From contig CAZJGG010000003.1 in assembly GCA_964545475.1 (NCBI GenBank), positions 757-64,756 on the forward strand: 64,000 nt of DNA, in the 5' to 3' direction. A model generated the notes under the pieces. The model was given only the letters and a program-made list of their open reading frames with translations. It ran no database searches and had not been told where the DNA came from. This document shows positions 18,006-27,152 of the stretch, piece by piece (position 1 is the stretch's first letter; each line of letters begins with the position of its first letter). The stretch comes from an uncultured Eubacteriales bacterium (GTDB lineage: Bacteria > Bacillota > Clostridia > Lachnospirales > JAISER01). The position numbers and the translations under genes are program-made.

Positions 18006-18890
18006 TTAAAGGCATAATAAAATAATAGACAAAAGCCCAGTTGTAAGCCCTGCAATTTTTGCTTTAGTGGGCTTATCTTTATAGACAGCAAATGAAAAAA
18101 TTGTGGCGGTGACTACAACTCCTCCGTTTAAAACAGGGTAATAAACGAAAGAGGGCAAAACCCCTGCTAAAAATAAGCCCAAGACGCTGGAAAAGCCGGA
18201 ATCTACACCGTGGGCAATAAATATTGCAAAAAACTTCTTATCTTTTAAATTTGAAATTACAGCTTTATTTTTTATTAAGTCAATAACAAGCAAAATTATG
18301 GCAACAATAATTGCAACGCCAAAAGTTATAGCCATAAATTCCCTCATATATTTGCCGGGGGTTATAACTTGCTGCATTTTGCTTGTTACCATAATTAAGC
18401 CATAACCGAAAAAAGCCCCTATAGAATAAATAAGCCATTTCAGGCTTTTTTTCTTTTCGCCGCCTTCATTTGAAATACTGCCTAAATAAAACGTTATGAG
18501 CAAAAGCATAAGCCCAACTATTTGTATTATTTTCATTTTTTCTCCCCATACCATTATGCCGTAAAAAACAGGTATTACAATTGAGGAAGAAAAAACAAGG
18601 GTAGTAAAAGCAAATGGCCCTACTTCAAAAGCCTTTGTATAAAGCAAAAAGCTTATTGTATATAAAACTCCTTGAAAGATTGCAACTTGAATGGTTTTAA
18701 TGGGTATGCCGGAAAAGTTTGAACCTGCTAAAAAAATTAAAAACGCTATAAACATGTAACCTATTGTATAAATATAATAGCTTGAAAGGTTAATCATGAA
18801 GCGTTTATTAAATTCTTTCAAAAAAACGTTTTGAATGCTTACTAAAAGTACAGAAGTTATTGTTAATAATGTAACCATATCCAACCCCAT
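18006..18890 (-). CDS. DMT/EamA-like 10-TM permease
   Basis: 294 aa, about 10 hydrophobic helices in two similar halves. No specific substrate signature. Confidence 0.45.
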   Translation of the reverse strand: MGLDMVTLLTITSVLLVSIQNVFLKEFNKRFMINLSSYYIYTIGYMFIAFLIFLAGSNFSGIPIKTIQVAIFQGVLYTISFLLYTKAFEVGPFAFTTLVFSSSIVIPVFYGIMVWGEKMKIIQIVGLMLLLITFYLGSISNEGGEKKKSLKWLIYSIGAFFGYGLIMVTSKMQQVITPGKYMREFMAITFGVAIIVAIILLVIDLIKNKAVISNLKDKKFFAIFIAHGVDSGFSSVLGLFLAGVLPSFVYYPVLNGGVVVTATIFSFAVYKDKPTKAKIAGLTTGLLSIILLCL

Positions 18891-19040
18891 TTTTGTGAAA
18901 TATCCACCATTTTATAGCGATTTTTTCTAGTTGTCAATTTAAATAACCACTGATTAATTTATAATATTGTATTGTTAAAACATGTAAATGGTACTATAAT
19001 GTAATGGTAATGGTGTAAAATTATTTTTTGAGGTGATGTT

Positions 19041-20777
19041 ATGGAATACAGAAAAAGTTATGATGAATGGATAAACAATAAATACTATGACGAGGAAACA
19101 AAGAAAGAACTTTTAGCTATTTCTAACGACGAAAAAGAGATTGAAGACAGATTCCACACAAGCCTTGCATTTGGAACAGGAGGGCTTAGAGGTATTATTG
19201 GTGCGGGCACAAACCGCATGAACGTATACACTGTGCAAAAAGCCACACAAGGGCTTGCAAACACAATTTTAAAGCAAGGAATAGACTTATCAAAAACTTG
19301 CGTTTGTATAGCACACGACCCTCGCCGTTTATCATCTGAATTTGCTAAACAAACAGCTCTTGTTTTAAACGGAAACGGCATTAAGACAGTTGTTTTTGAT
19401 GGTATGCGCCCCACGCCATTTTTGTCTTTCGTTGTGCAAAAACTCGGCGCTATTGCAGGGGTTGTTATAACAGCAAGCCATAATCCTAAAGAATATAACG
19501 GCTATAAAGCATATTGGAGCGACGGCATTCAGCTTACATCACCGAGAGACGAAGAGGTTATAGACGAAGTTAACAAAATTGCAGATTTTGGGCAAGTAAA
19601 AATTGCAAACTATGACGAGGCAGTTAAAAATGGTTTATATACCGTTGGTTCTAAAGAGCTTGACGATGAATTTATTAAATATACTAAAGATTCCAGCTTA
19701 AACCCAGATTTAATAAAAGAACACGGCAAAGATTTAAACATTGTATACACTCCCCTTAATGGTGCAGGCAATATTTTTGTCCGCCGAGTTTTGAAAGAAA
19801 TGGGCTTTGAAAACGTTTTTGTTGTAAAAGAGCAAGAAAATCCAGACCCAACATTTAGTACTCTTGCATATCCAAACCCGGAAGATGCTAAAGCCTTTGA
19901 GCTTGCTTTAAAACTTGCAAATGAAGTTAACGGAGATATTGTTTTGGCAACAGATCCGGATTCCGACAGGCTTGGCGTAGTTGTAAAACATAACGGAGAA
20001 TATGTTTTTATTAACGGTAATATGATAGGCACGTTAATGTGCGAATACATTATAAGTCAAAAACAGAAAAACGGCGTATTACCTAAAGACGGCGCTGTTA
20101 TTTCAACAGTTGTGTCTACAAGGCTTACAAATGCAATAACAGATTATTACGGGCTCACATATTATGATGTTTTAACAGGATTTAAACACATTGGCACAAA
20201 AATGAAGCAGTTTGAAGATGAAAAGAGCAATTCATTTTTGTTTGCATTTGAAGAAAGTTACGGCACACTTGCAGGCCCTCATGTAAGAGATAAAGATGGC
20301 GTTTTGGCGGCAGTGCTAATGTGCGAAATTGCCCTTTATTATAAGCAACAAGGTTTAAGCGTTATTGATGCTCTTGAAAAAATGTATGAACGTTATGGTT
20401 TTTACAAAGAGGGAATTGAAACAATAACTCTTAAAGGGTTAGACGGCTTAATGGAAATGGCGAAAATTATGGCTAATTTGCGCACAAACCCTCCAATGGA
20501 AGTAAACGGAACTGCAATAACTTTGATTAAAGATTATAAGCTTAAAGAAGCGGTAAATACTTCAACAGGCGAAAAAACTGCTTTAACTCTTCCTGTTTCA
20601 GATGTTTTGCATTATACATTAGCAGACGGTTCATGGTTCTGCATTCGTCCTTCCGGCACTGAACCTAAAATTAAAATTTATTTCGGTGTAAAAGGGGAAA
20701 GCGCAGGGGATGCTTCCAAAAAGCTAGAAGCTTTAGTAAACGGCGCAATGGCTTTGGTTGAAAAAGCCGGAAAATAG
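19041..20777 (+). CDS. pgcA: phosphoglucomutase/phosphomannomutase-family phospho-sugar mutase
   Basis: Active-site loop ITASHNPKEYNGYK, Mg loop ATDPDSDR, and 578-aa length typical of Firmicute PgcA. Confidence 0.88.
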   Translation: MEYRKSYDEWINNKYYDEETKKELLAISNDEKEIEDRFHTSLAFGTGGLRGIIGAGTNRMNVYTVQKATQGLANTILKQGIDLSKTCVCIAHDPRRLSSEFAKQTALVLNGNGIKTVVFDGMRPTPFLSFVVQKLGAIAGVVITASHNPKEYNGYKAYWSDGIQLTSPRDEEVIDEVNKIADFGQVKIANYDEAVKNGLYTVGSKELDDEFIKYTKDSSLNPDLIKEHGKDLNIVYTPLNGAGNIFVRRVLKEMGFENVFVVKEQENPDPTFSTLAYPNPEDAKAFELALKLANEVNGDIVLATDPDSDRLGVVVKHNGEYVFINGNMIGTLMCEYIISQKQKNGVLPKDGAVISTVVSTRLTNAITDYYGLTYYDVLTGFKHIGTKMKQFEDEKSNSFLFAFEESYGTLAGPHVRDKDGVLAAVLMCEIALYYKQQGLSVIDALEKMYERYGFYKEGIETITLKGLDGLMEMAKIMANLRTNPPMEVNGTAITLIKDYKLKEAVNTSTGEKTALTLPVSDVLHYTLADGSWFCIRPSGTEPKIKIYFGVKGESAGDASKKLEALVNGAMALVEKAGK

Positions 20778-20794
20778 TTATTGATGTCATAAAT

Positions 20795-20918
20795 CTAAGA
20801 GCCTGTTCAAAGCCTCGCTTTTAATGGGTTTTCGAGCAAATTTTTTGAGGCAACCGCTAAAGTGGTATCTTATGGGCGTGTTGAAATTTTCCCAATAAGG
20901 ATTATTCAACACGCCCAT
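20795..20918 (-). repeat. partial/rearranged copy of the foldback repeat family, inverted orientation
   Basis: ctaagagcctgtt...ctcgctttta...gagcaaattttttga...tatgggcgt aligns to the reverse complement of 54006..54177. It ends in its own 14-bp-arm hairpin, atgggcgtgttgaa / ttcaacacgcccat (20872..20918). Confidence 0.6.
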
Positions 20919-20926
20919 TAATTGTA

Positions 20927-20974
20927 AGCCGTACTATCCATAATTTTTTATTATGTCGTAGCACGGCTTTTTAT
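20927..20974 (+). terminator. candidate rho-independent terminator downstream of pgcA
   Basis: agccgtacta ... tagcacggct (one mismatch) followed by tttttat. Confidence 0.4.
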
Positions 20975-21048
20975 AATGGGGAAAGGGGTTATATAGTCTA
21001 TAAATAAAATTAATCTTGTACAGAGCCTTGAAGAGGAGTAAAATGGTT

Positions 21049-21152
21049 AGAGCAATTTGACAAAACATTGACAGGTGTGGAGGGGAAACAGCAAACGTTT
21101 CACCGCTGTTTCCGCGAACATAGCTGTTTATGTTTTTGCAAATAGCTATATG
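21049..21152 (+). repeat. 104-bp direct repeat, copy 1 (upstream of the hydrolase)
   Basis: agagcaatttgacaaaacattgacaggtgtggaggggaaacagc...caaatagctatatg. 99 of 104 positions are identical to 22351..22454 in my hand alignment. Confidence 0.9.
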
Positions 21153-21203
21153 AGTAAAGATTTTGTAAATTTTTTCAGAAATCTGTGTGAAAGGAGCGAT
21201 TGT

Positions 21204-22271
21204 TTGATAAAAAGGAAATGTGTTGTTACGATTGCTGCTATTTTGTGTGTCACCATAATGGGAGGATGCGCTAAGGGTGCTCAAACTGAGGTGCTGCAAC
21301 CAGTAGAGTCTTTATCTGAGCAGAAACAATCGGCATTGGAGGAGTCACCATATCAAGAAATTACAATTTCCATTGGTGCAGATGGATATCAGCTGGATGG
21401 AATTTTATGTTTGCCAACCTCTGACGATATCGAGGATGTGGTAATCTTGGTACATGGTTCGGGGCGAAGCGATCTGAACGCCTATAACAGTAAGGCAGGT
21501 CCTAATACGATGTTTCAAGATATTGCCATAGGGCTAGCAGAGCAGGGTATTGCCACAATACGCTATAATAAACGATATTTTCAATATCCTGACCATGCTG
21601 GCGAAGAGGTGACCATTGAAGATGAATCCCTCAATGATGTAGGGTCTGCCATTGCGTTTGCAAAAAATAATGAATATGCTCAGTTTAAGCGAATCACCAT
21701 AGTTGGGCACAGCCTAGGGGGGACGCTGGCACCCCAAATTGCAAAGGATCACCCTGCTGTCGCGGCGATTGTTTCTCTGGGGGGAACGCCAAGACATTTG
21801 GCAGATGTGATCTTTGACCAGAACATGAACTACATCAAACGTACCTTCAACAACGAGGATCAGAGTTTGCAAATACGACAGCTGGAAGAGCAGCTTCAAA
21901 AAACGAAGCAGCTTACCAAAGGAGAATCGGGTATCTCTTATTTTGGATACTCTTCATATTTTTGGGCTAGTCTCAATCGGATAAACGTTGCTGAGCTTGT
22001 GGGTGAATTGGATATTCCAATACTGGCTTTGCAGGGAGATGAAGATTTTCAAATAACCAAAGAAGCTGATTTTTTTGTATGGCAAGAAATCTTGCAAAAT
22101 AAGCCCAATGCCACGTTGATAAGCTATCCCAATCTAAATCATATCTTTATGCAATCAAACGGCAAGACCGACCGTAGCGAATATACCATTAAAGGCAGTG
22201 TAGATGCTAAGGTGATCAGTGATATGGCAAATTGGATTTTAGCACAAACAGAAGTCCGCAATCTCAATTAA
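21204..22271 (+). CDS. alpha/beta-fold serine hydrolase, predicted lipoprotein
   Basis: ORF 21075..22271. Start moved to TTG 21204 behind AAAGGAG, which gives the signal IKRKCVVTIAAILCVTIMGGC (lipobox MGGC). Nucleophile elbow VGHSLGG. The track N-terminus lies inside the repeat. Confidence 0.75.
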   Translation: MIKRKCVVTIAAILCVTIMGGCAKGAQTEVLQPVESLSEQKQSALEESPYQEITISIGADGYQLDGILCLPTSDDIEDVVILVHGSGRSDLNAYNSKAGPNTMFQDIAIGLAEQGIATIRYNKRYFQYPDHAGEEVTIEDESLNDVGSAIAFAKNNEYAQFKRITIVGHSLGGTLAPQIAKDHPAVAAIVSLGGTPRHLADVIFDQNMNYIKRTFNNEDQSLQIRQLEEQLQKTKQLTKGESGISYFGYSSYFWASLNRINVAELVGELDIPILALQGDEDFQITKEADFFVWQEILQNKPNATLISYPNLNHIFMQSNGKTDRSEYTIKGSVDAKVISDMANWILAQTEVRNLN

Positions 22272-22350
22272 TATTCGGTCATGTTAAAATAAGTAATCCA
22301 AGCCCCAAGGGAATACAGGTTCTTAAGTTGATAACATTAGAGCGGCATCT

Positions 22351-22454
22351 AGAGCAACTTGACAAAACATTAACAGGTGTGGAGTGGAAACAGCAGACGT
22401 TTCACCGCTGTTTCTGCGAACATAGCTGTTTATGTTTTTGCAAATAGCTATATG
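22351..22454 (+). repeat. 104-bp direct repeat, copy 2 (downstream of the hydrolase)
   Basis: Same sequence as 21049..21152 with 5 substitutions. Confidence 0.9.
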
Positions 22455-22609
22455 TTGCTCCGTCAGCCTTTTATTAAAATTATGTTACTGCTTTTAATAT
22501 TTATTGTCTTCATTTCAATTTCTATTAAAAATTTTGAAAAGAAAAAACACTGTAAAATCAAGGAATTTGACAGCTTGGAAAAATTTTTAAAAAAATTTTA
22601 GAAAAATGC

Positions 22610-22638
22610 TTGACTTTTTTGAATATATGTAATACAAT
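22610..22638 (+). promoter_or_regulatory. candidate sigma-A promoter of the tRNA pair
   Basis: TTGACT - 17 nt - TACAAT, about 50 nt upstream of tRNA-Phe. Confidence 0.55.
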
Positions 22639-22689
22639 ATCGTTCGTTGCGGTACACAAGTTAAGGCAAGCAACAAACAAAAGCCTTAA

Positions 22690-22762
<73 letters not shown>

Positions 22763-22780
22763 TATTTTTATCCGCACAAC

Positions 22781-22853
22781 GGGTTACTAGCTCAGCTGGT
22801 AGAGCACTGGACTTTTAATCCAGTTGTCCCGGGTTCGAGCCCCGGGTAACTCA
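22781..22853 (+). tRNA. tRNA-Lys (anticodon UUU)
   Basis: Acceptor GGGTTAC/GTAACTC (one G-U), anticodon loop CTTTTAA, T arm CCGGG-TTCGAGC-CCCGG. No encoded CCA. Confidence 0.93.
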
Positions 22854-22854
22854 T

Positions 22855-22893
22855 AAGCCTTACAAGTCTAACGATTTGTAAGGCTTTTGTTTT
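22855..22893 (+). terminator. rho-independent terminator after the tRNA pair
   Basis: aagccttacaa - 10-nt loop - ttgtaaggctt, followed by ttttgtttt. Confidence 0.8.
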
Positions 22894-23091
22894 ATATTTT
22901 ACGTTTTACAGTGGCGTAGAAGTTTCTCTAACAAACAAGACAACAGAATGTTTCCAAAAGATATTTATTTTTATTATATATATAAATATTTTAACTTACG
23001 TTTGCAAAAGGCACATACATAAACAATTATTTTTACAAAACAAGTAAATTATTGTTGCAATTTCGTTAAAAATATGTTATTTTAGTTACAG

Positions 23092-23124
23092 ATAGTGAAA
23101 TTTTATTTTTCACTATTTTTTTTA
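23092..23124 (+). promoter_or_regulatory. terminator-like hairpin plus T-run in the leader of the peptide ABC operon (possible attenuator)
   Basis: atagtgaaa - 7-nt loop - tttcactat, then ttttttt, ending 27 nt before the start codon. The stem is AT-rich and weak. Confidence 0.3.
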
Positions 23125-23150
23125 TTGCATGATAATTAAGGGGGTATTTG

Positions 23151-24077
23151 ATGCTAAGATATTTGGCAAAAACTTTATTCGCCGGAGTCGTGTCGTTGTT
23201 TGTGCTTATAACAATTACATTTTTTCTGGTACATGCTATTCCAGGGGGGCCGTTTAGTGCAGCGGAGGAAAAAAACGTTCCACAGTTTGTTATTGACCGC
23301 ATGAACGAGAAATTCGGACTTAACGACCCGGTATACGTACAATACGGTCGCTACATGAAAAGCATTTTAAAAGGAGATTTAGGTATTTCCTACAAAAAAC
23401 AAAATACAACAGTTAACGAAATTGTAGAGCAAGGCTTTCCGGTTTCCGCAAAGGTTGGAGCATGGGCTGTTTTAGTTGCCGTTATTGTGGGTATTATTTT
23501 AGGTATTTTATCTGCAATTTATAAAAATACATTTATCGACTGGTTTTGTAGAATTTTTGCTACAATTGGTGTATCGGTTCCGGGCTTTGTTATCGGTGTA
23601 TTTTTGTTATATTTCTTCGCAGTGTATTTAGGGCTTTTCAGAACTATGGGGCTACAATCTTGGAAAGATTACGTTCTTCCCGTTGCAGGGCTTTCGTTTA
23701 CTCCTATCGCTTATATTTCAAGGCTTATGCGCTCAAGCATGCTTGAAAATATGCAGCAAGACTACATAAGAACGGCTAGAGCAAAAGGTGTAAAAGAATT
23801 TTTTGTTATAGTAAAACATGCTTTAAGAAACTCAATTATTCCTATTGTTTCATATGTCGGACCATTAATAGCGGCTTTATTAACTGGCAGCTTCGTTATT
23901 GAGAGATTGTTTACAATACCGGGAATAGGTCGGTTTTTCGTAATGGGTATTACTGACAGGGATTATACTATAGTACTGGGTATGACCATATTCTTCGGCG
24001 GTTTGCTTATTCTTTGTAACATCCTTGTAGACGCTGTTTATGTAGTAATTGATCCGAGAATTAAATTTGACGAGTAG
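23151..24077 (+). CDS. peptide ABC transporter permease (OppB/DppB type)
   Basis: N-terminal RYLxK...HxxPGGPF signature, 6 TM helices, EAA-like loop YIRTARAKG. ATG 23151 lies behind AAGGGGG. Confidence 0.9.
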   Translation: MLRYLAKTLFAGVVSLFVLITITFFLVHAIPGGPFSAAEEKNVPQFVIDRMNEKFGLNDPVYVQYGRYMKSILKGDLGISYKKQNTTVNEIVEQGFPVSAKVGAWAVLVAVIVGIILGILSAIYKNTFIDWFCRIFATIGVSVPGFVIGVFLLYFFAVYLGLFRTMGLQSWKDYVLPVAGLSFTPIAYISRLMRSSMLENMQQDYIRTARAKGVKEFFVIVKHALRNSIIPIVSYVGPLIAALLTGSFVIERLFTIPGIGRFFVMGITDRDYTIVLGMTIFFGGLLILCNILVDAVYVVIDPRIKFDE

Positions 24078-24085
24078 GTGATAAG

Positions 24086-25033
24086 ATGAGTGAAGTAGCA
24101 TATTCAATAGATAATATTAATATTTCTGATAATCTTTTTAACCCAATGCCCGAAGGACAGTCGGACATGGAAAAAATCGTAAGAAAAAGCAAGACGTTTT
24201 GGCAAGATGCATGGGGCAGATTTAAGAAAAACCCGTTAGCCATTGCTGGTCTTGTAATTCTTGTCATTATGGTTATTTTTGCAATACTAGGTCCAATACT
24301 TTCGCCTTATACATATGACCAACAGAATATTTTGAACCAATATCAATCTCCTAATGCGCAGCACTGGTTTGGAACAGATAAGTTCGGCAGGGATATTTTT
24401 GTAAGAATTGCTTATGGCGCAAGGATAAGCTTGGCAATTGGTTTTGCAGCGGCGGCTATAAACATTGTAATTGGTGTTATTTATGGCGGCGTTGCAGGTT
24501 ATTTTGGCGGCAAAATTGATATTATAATGATGCGTTTTGTAGACATTATTGCAGGTATTCCGTCTTTATGTTATGTTATCCTTATAATGCTTTATTTAGG
24601 CAGCAATATTACAAGTATATTGATTGCCATTTGCGTATCTTCATGGACGAGAACGGCTCGTGTTGTTCGTTCACAAGTTTTAACCCTTAGAGAACAAGAT
24701 TTTATTATGGCTGCTAGATGTATCGGTGAAGGTGATTTGTCGATTATTTTTAAGCACTTAATACCAAACAGCCTTGGGCCAATTATAGTTACAGTATCGT
24801 TTTTAATACCGGATGCCATTTTTACAGAAGCATTCTTAAGTTTTTTAGGTATCGGCATTAAAGTGCCAATGGCAAGCTGGGGCACTCTTGCAAATGATGC
24901 CATACCAACGCTTTCATCTTATCCTTATCTAATGTTTATTCCGGCAATTGCAATAAGCGTAACTATATTTGCGCTTAACTTTATCGGCGACGGCTTAAGA
25001 GACAGCCTTGACCCGAAACTTAAGAATAGATAA
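24086..25033 (+). CDS. peptide ABC transporter permease (OppC/DppC type)
   Basis: HWFGTDxxGRD motif (HWFGTDKFGRDIF), 6 TM helices, permease loop in the C-terminal half. Confidence 0.9.
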   Translation: MSEVAYSIDNINISDNLFNPMPEGQSDMEKIVRKSKTFWQDAWGRFKKNPLAIAGLVILVIMVIFAILGPILSPYTYDQQNILNQYQSPNAQHWFGTDKFGRDIFVRIAYGARISLAIGFAAAAINIVIGVIYGGVAGYFGGKIDIIMMRFVDIIAGIPSLCYVILIMLYLGSNITSILIAICVSSWTRTARVVRSQVLTLREQDFIMAARCIGEGDLSIIFKHLIPNSLGPIIVTVSFLIPDAIFTEAFLSFLGIGIKVPMASWGTLANDAIPTLSSYPYLMFIPAIAISVTIFALNFIGDGLRDSLDPKLKNR

Positions 25034-25045
25034 GGGGGAATAGCG

Positions 25046-26050
25046 GTGAGTAATATACTTGAAGTTAAAAACTTAAAAACAACATTTTTTACTGAAGATG
25101 GAAAAGTACAAGCCGTTCGTGGCATTGATTTTAATATAAAAAAAGGCGAATCTGTGGGAATCGTTGGGGAATCCGGCTGCGGCAAAAGCGTTACAATGCT
25201 TTCGATTATGCGTTTATTGTCAAGCAACGCAAATTTTTCTGCCGATTACATAAACTTTGAAGGTGAAAACCTTATTAATAAGACCCGGGCGGATATGCGT
25301 GGCATACAAGGGAATCAGATAGGCATGATTTTTCAAGACCCTATGACGTCCTTAAACCCGGTTTTTACAATTGGAGATCAAATTTGCGAGCCTTTGAAGA
25401 TACATCAAAAATTAAAAGGTGCGGAAGCAAAGAAAAAAGCAGTGGAGCTTTTAAAGCTTGTTGGTATTCCCAGCCCAGAAAGCCGTTTAAAGCAATATCC
25501 TCATGAATTTTCCGGAGGTATGCGCCAAAGGGTTATGATTGCTATTGCCTTAAGTTGTAATCCAAGGCTTTTAATTGCAGACGAACCCACAACTGCACTA
25601 GACGTTACAATTCAAGCCCAAATTTTAGATCTTATGAACGAGCTTAAAGCAAAGCTTGATATGTCTATAATTATGATTACCCATGACTTAGGTGTTATCG
25701 CAAGCACATGCTCAAAGGTTATTGTAATGTATGGCGGTCTTATTATAGAAGAAGCCAGCGCAGACGAATTGTTTGAAAACGCTAAACACCCTTATACTTG
25801 GGGTCTTATAAATTCCTTGCCAAGAGTAACCGAGGGGGGCAAAAAAGAAAAGCTGTTCCCAATACCGGGAAGCCCGCCGGACTTACTTGCGCCACCCAAA
25901 GGCTGCCCTTTTGCGCCAAGATGCCAAAAGGCAATGATGATTTGTCAAGATTATATGCCTAATTTCTGTGATGTATCCGAGACTCATAAAGTCGCTTGTT
26001 GGCTTATGCATCCAAAGGCGAAAAATTTGGACGGAGGAAGATTGGCATGA
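25046..26050 (+). CDS. peptide ABC transporter ATP-binding protein (OppD/DppD type)
   Basis: Walker A GESGCGKS, signature FSGGMRQR, Walker [14 protein letters not shown]-terminal oligopeptide domain with CPFAPRC. GTG start behind AAGGGGGA. Confidence 0.92.
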   Translation: MSNILEVKNLKTTFFTEDGKVQAVRGIDFNIKKGESVGIVGESGCGKSVTMLSIMRLLSSNANFSADYINFEGENLINKTRADMRGIQGNQIGMIFQDPMTSLNPVFTIGDQICEPLKIHQKLKGAEAKKKAVELLKLVGIPSPESRLKQYPHEFSGGMRQRVMIAIALSCNPRLLIADEPTTALDVTIQAQILDLMNELKAKLDMSIIMITHDLGVIASTCSKVIVMYGGLIIEEASADELFENAKHPYTWGLINSLPRVTEGGKKEKLFPIPGSPPDLLAPPKGCPFAPRCQKAMMICQDYMPNFCDVSETHKVACWLMHPKAKNLDGGRLA

Positions 26051-27015
26051 GCGAACAAATGATAGTTAAAAACCTAAAAAAACATTTCCCCATAAGAAAG
26101 GGCTTTTTTGGAGGGGAAAGCAAAGTTGCAAAAGCTGTTGATGATGTTAGCTTTACTATAAATAAAGGTGAAACATTAGGGCTTGTTGGTGAATCCGGCT
26201 GCGGTAAAACCACTGTAGGAAGGTGCATTTTAAAGCTGTATTCTTTAACCTCCGGAGAAATTTGGTTTAATGGCGTAGATATTTCAAAGTTTGACAGAAA
26301 TGAAATGCTGCCTTATCGCAAAAAAATACAGATGATATTCCAAGACCCATTTACCTCTTTGGATCCTCGTATGACCATAGGGCAAATTATCGGAGCACCT
26401 CTTGCTGTACACGGGCTTTACGAGGGGAGCGCAAGGCAGGATAGAATTAAGGAGCTTATTTCAGATGTAGGGCTTAAAAGCGACCATATTAACCGTTATC
26501 CCCATGAATTTTCCGGCGGACAGCGGCAAAGGATTGGCATTGCAAGGGCTTTGGCGGTTGAGCCTGAGTTTATTGTTTGCGATGAGCCGGTTTCCGCATT
26601 GGACGTTTCGATTCAAGCACAAATTATTAATTCTCTTGTGGAGTTCCAAAAGGAACTGGGGCTTACATATTTGTTTATTTCTCATGACCTTTCAGTTGTG
26701 CGATATATTTCTGATAAAGTAGGGGTTATGTATCTGGGTAACATGGTTGAATATGCTGAAGTTGGGGAGATGTATTCAAATATGCAGCATCCTTATTCAA
26801 AATCATTGTTTTCCGCTTTGCCGGAAGCAAACCCGAAAAAAGCAAGGGAAGCAAAACGCATAATTTTACAAGGAGATTTACCTTCGCCAATTAACCCGCC
26901 ATCGGGTTGCGCATTTAGGACGAGATGCAGCGAATGTATGCCTATTTGCAGCGAGCAAAAACCTGCTTTTAAAGACATTGGCGGCAATCACTTTGTTGCT
27001 TGTCATAAGTTCTAG
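26047..27015 (+). CDS. peptide ABC transporter ATP-binding protein (OppF/DppF type)
   Basis: Walker A GESGCGKT, FSGGQRQRIGIARAL, FIVCDEPVSALD, CAFRTRC. Start moved to ATG 26047, which overlaps the upstream TGA. Confidence 0.92.
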   Translation: MSEQMIVKNLKKHFPIRKGFFGGESKVAKAVDDVSFTINKGETLGLVGESGCGKTTVGRCILKLYSLTSGEIWFNGVDISKFDRNEMLPYRKKIQMIFQDPFTSLDPRMTIGQIIGAPLAVHGLYEGSARQDRIKELISDVGLKSDHINRYPHEFSGGQRQRIGIARALAVEPEFIVCDEPVSALDVSIQAQIINSLVEFQKELGLTYLFISHDLSVVRYISDKVGVMYLGNMVEYAEVGEMYSNMQHPYSKSLFSALPEANPKKAREAKRIILQGDLPSPINPPSGCAFRTRCSECMPICSEQKPAFKDIGGNHFVACHKF

Positions 27016-27058
27016 TTATAACCGCTAAAGTGTAATTATTGTTACACTTTGGTTATAA
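27016..27058 (+). other. long imperfect hairpin between the ATPase genes and the binding-protein gene
   Basis: ttataaccgctaaagtgtaa - ttattg - ttacactttggttataa. No strong U-tract. Could be a partial terminator or an RNA stability element. Confidence 0.4.
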
Positions 27059-27152
27059 AATATAATACCGTAGTAATTTACGGGAAATGGCGGCTTTGCC
27101 GCCGGGGGCTATTTATAATCTTGCTCCCTAAAAATAACAAGGAGGAAAAACA

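Noticed and set aside
21049-21152. The 104-bp repeat as a riboswitch/T-box leader or an integron attC site
   Set aside because: I could not match it to any riboswitch or T-box core I know. There is no integron integrase, and the copies are direct repeats rather than attC-style imperfect palindromes. It is reported only as an unexplained repeat.
21075-21203. N-terminal extension MWRGNSKRFTAVSANIAVYVFANSYM of the hydrolase ORF, and the sibling ORFs 22232..22447 and 22377..22601
   Set aside because: These frames are generated by the 104-bp direct repeat itself, which is why the same peptide appears twice. The hydrolase has a proper RBS plus lipoprotein signal starting at TTG 21204.
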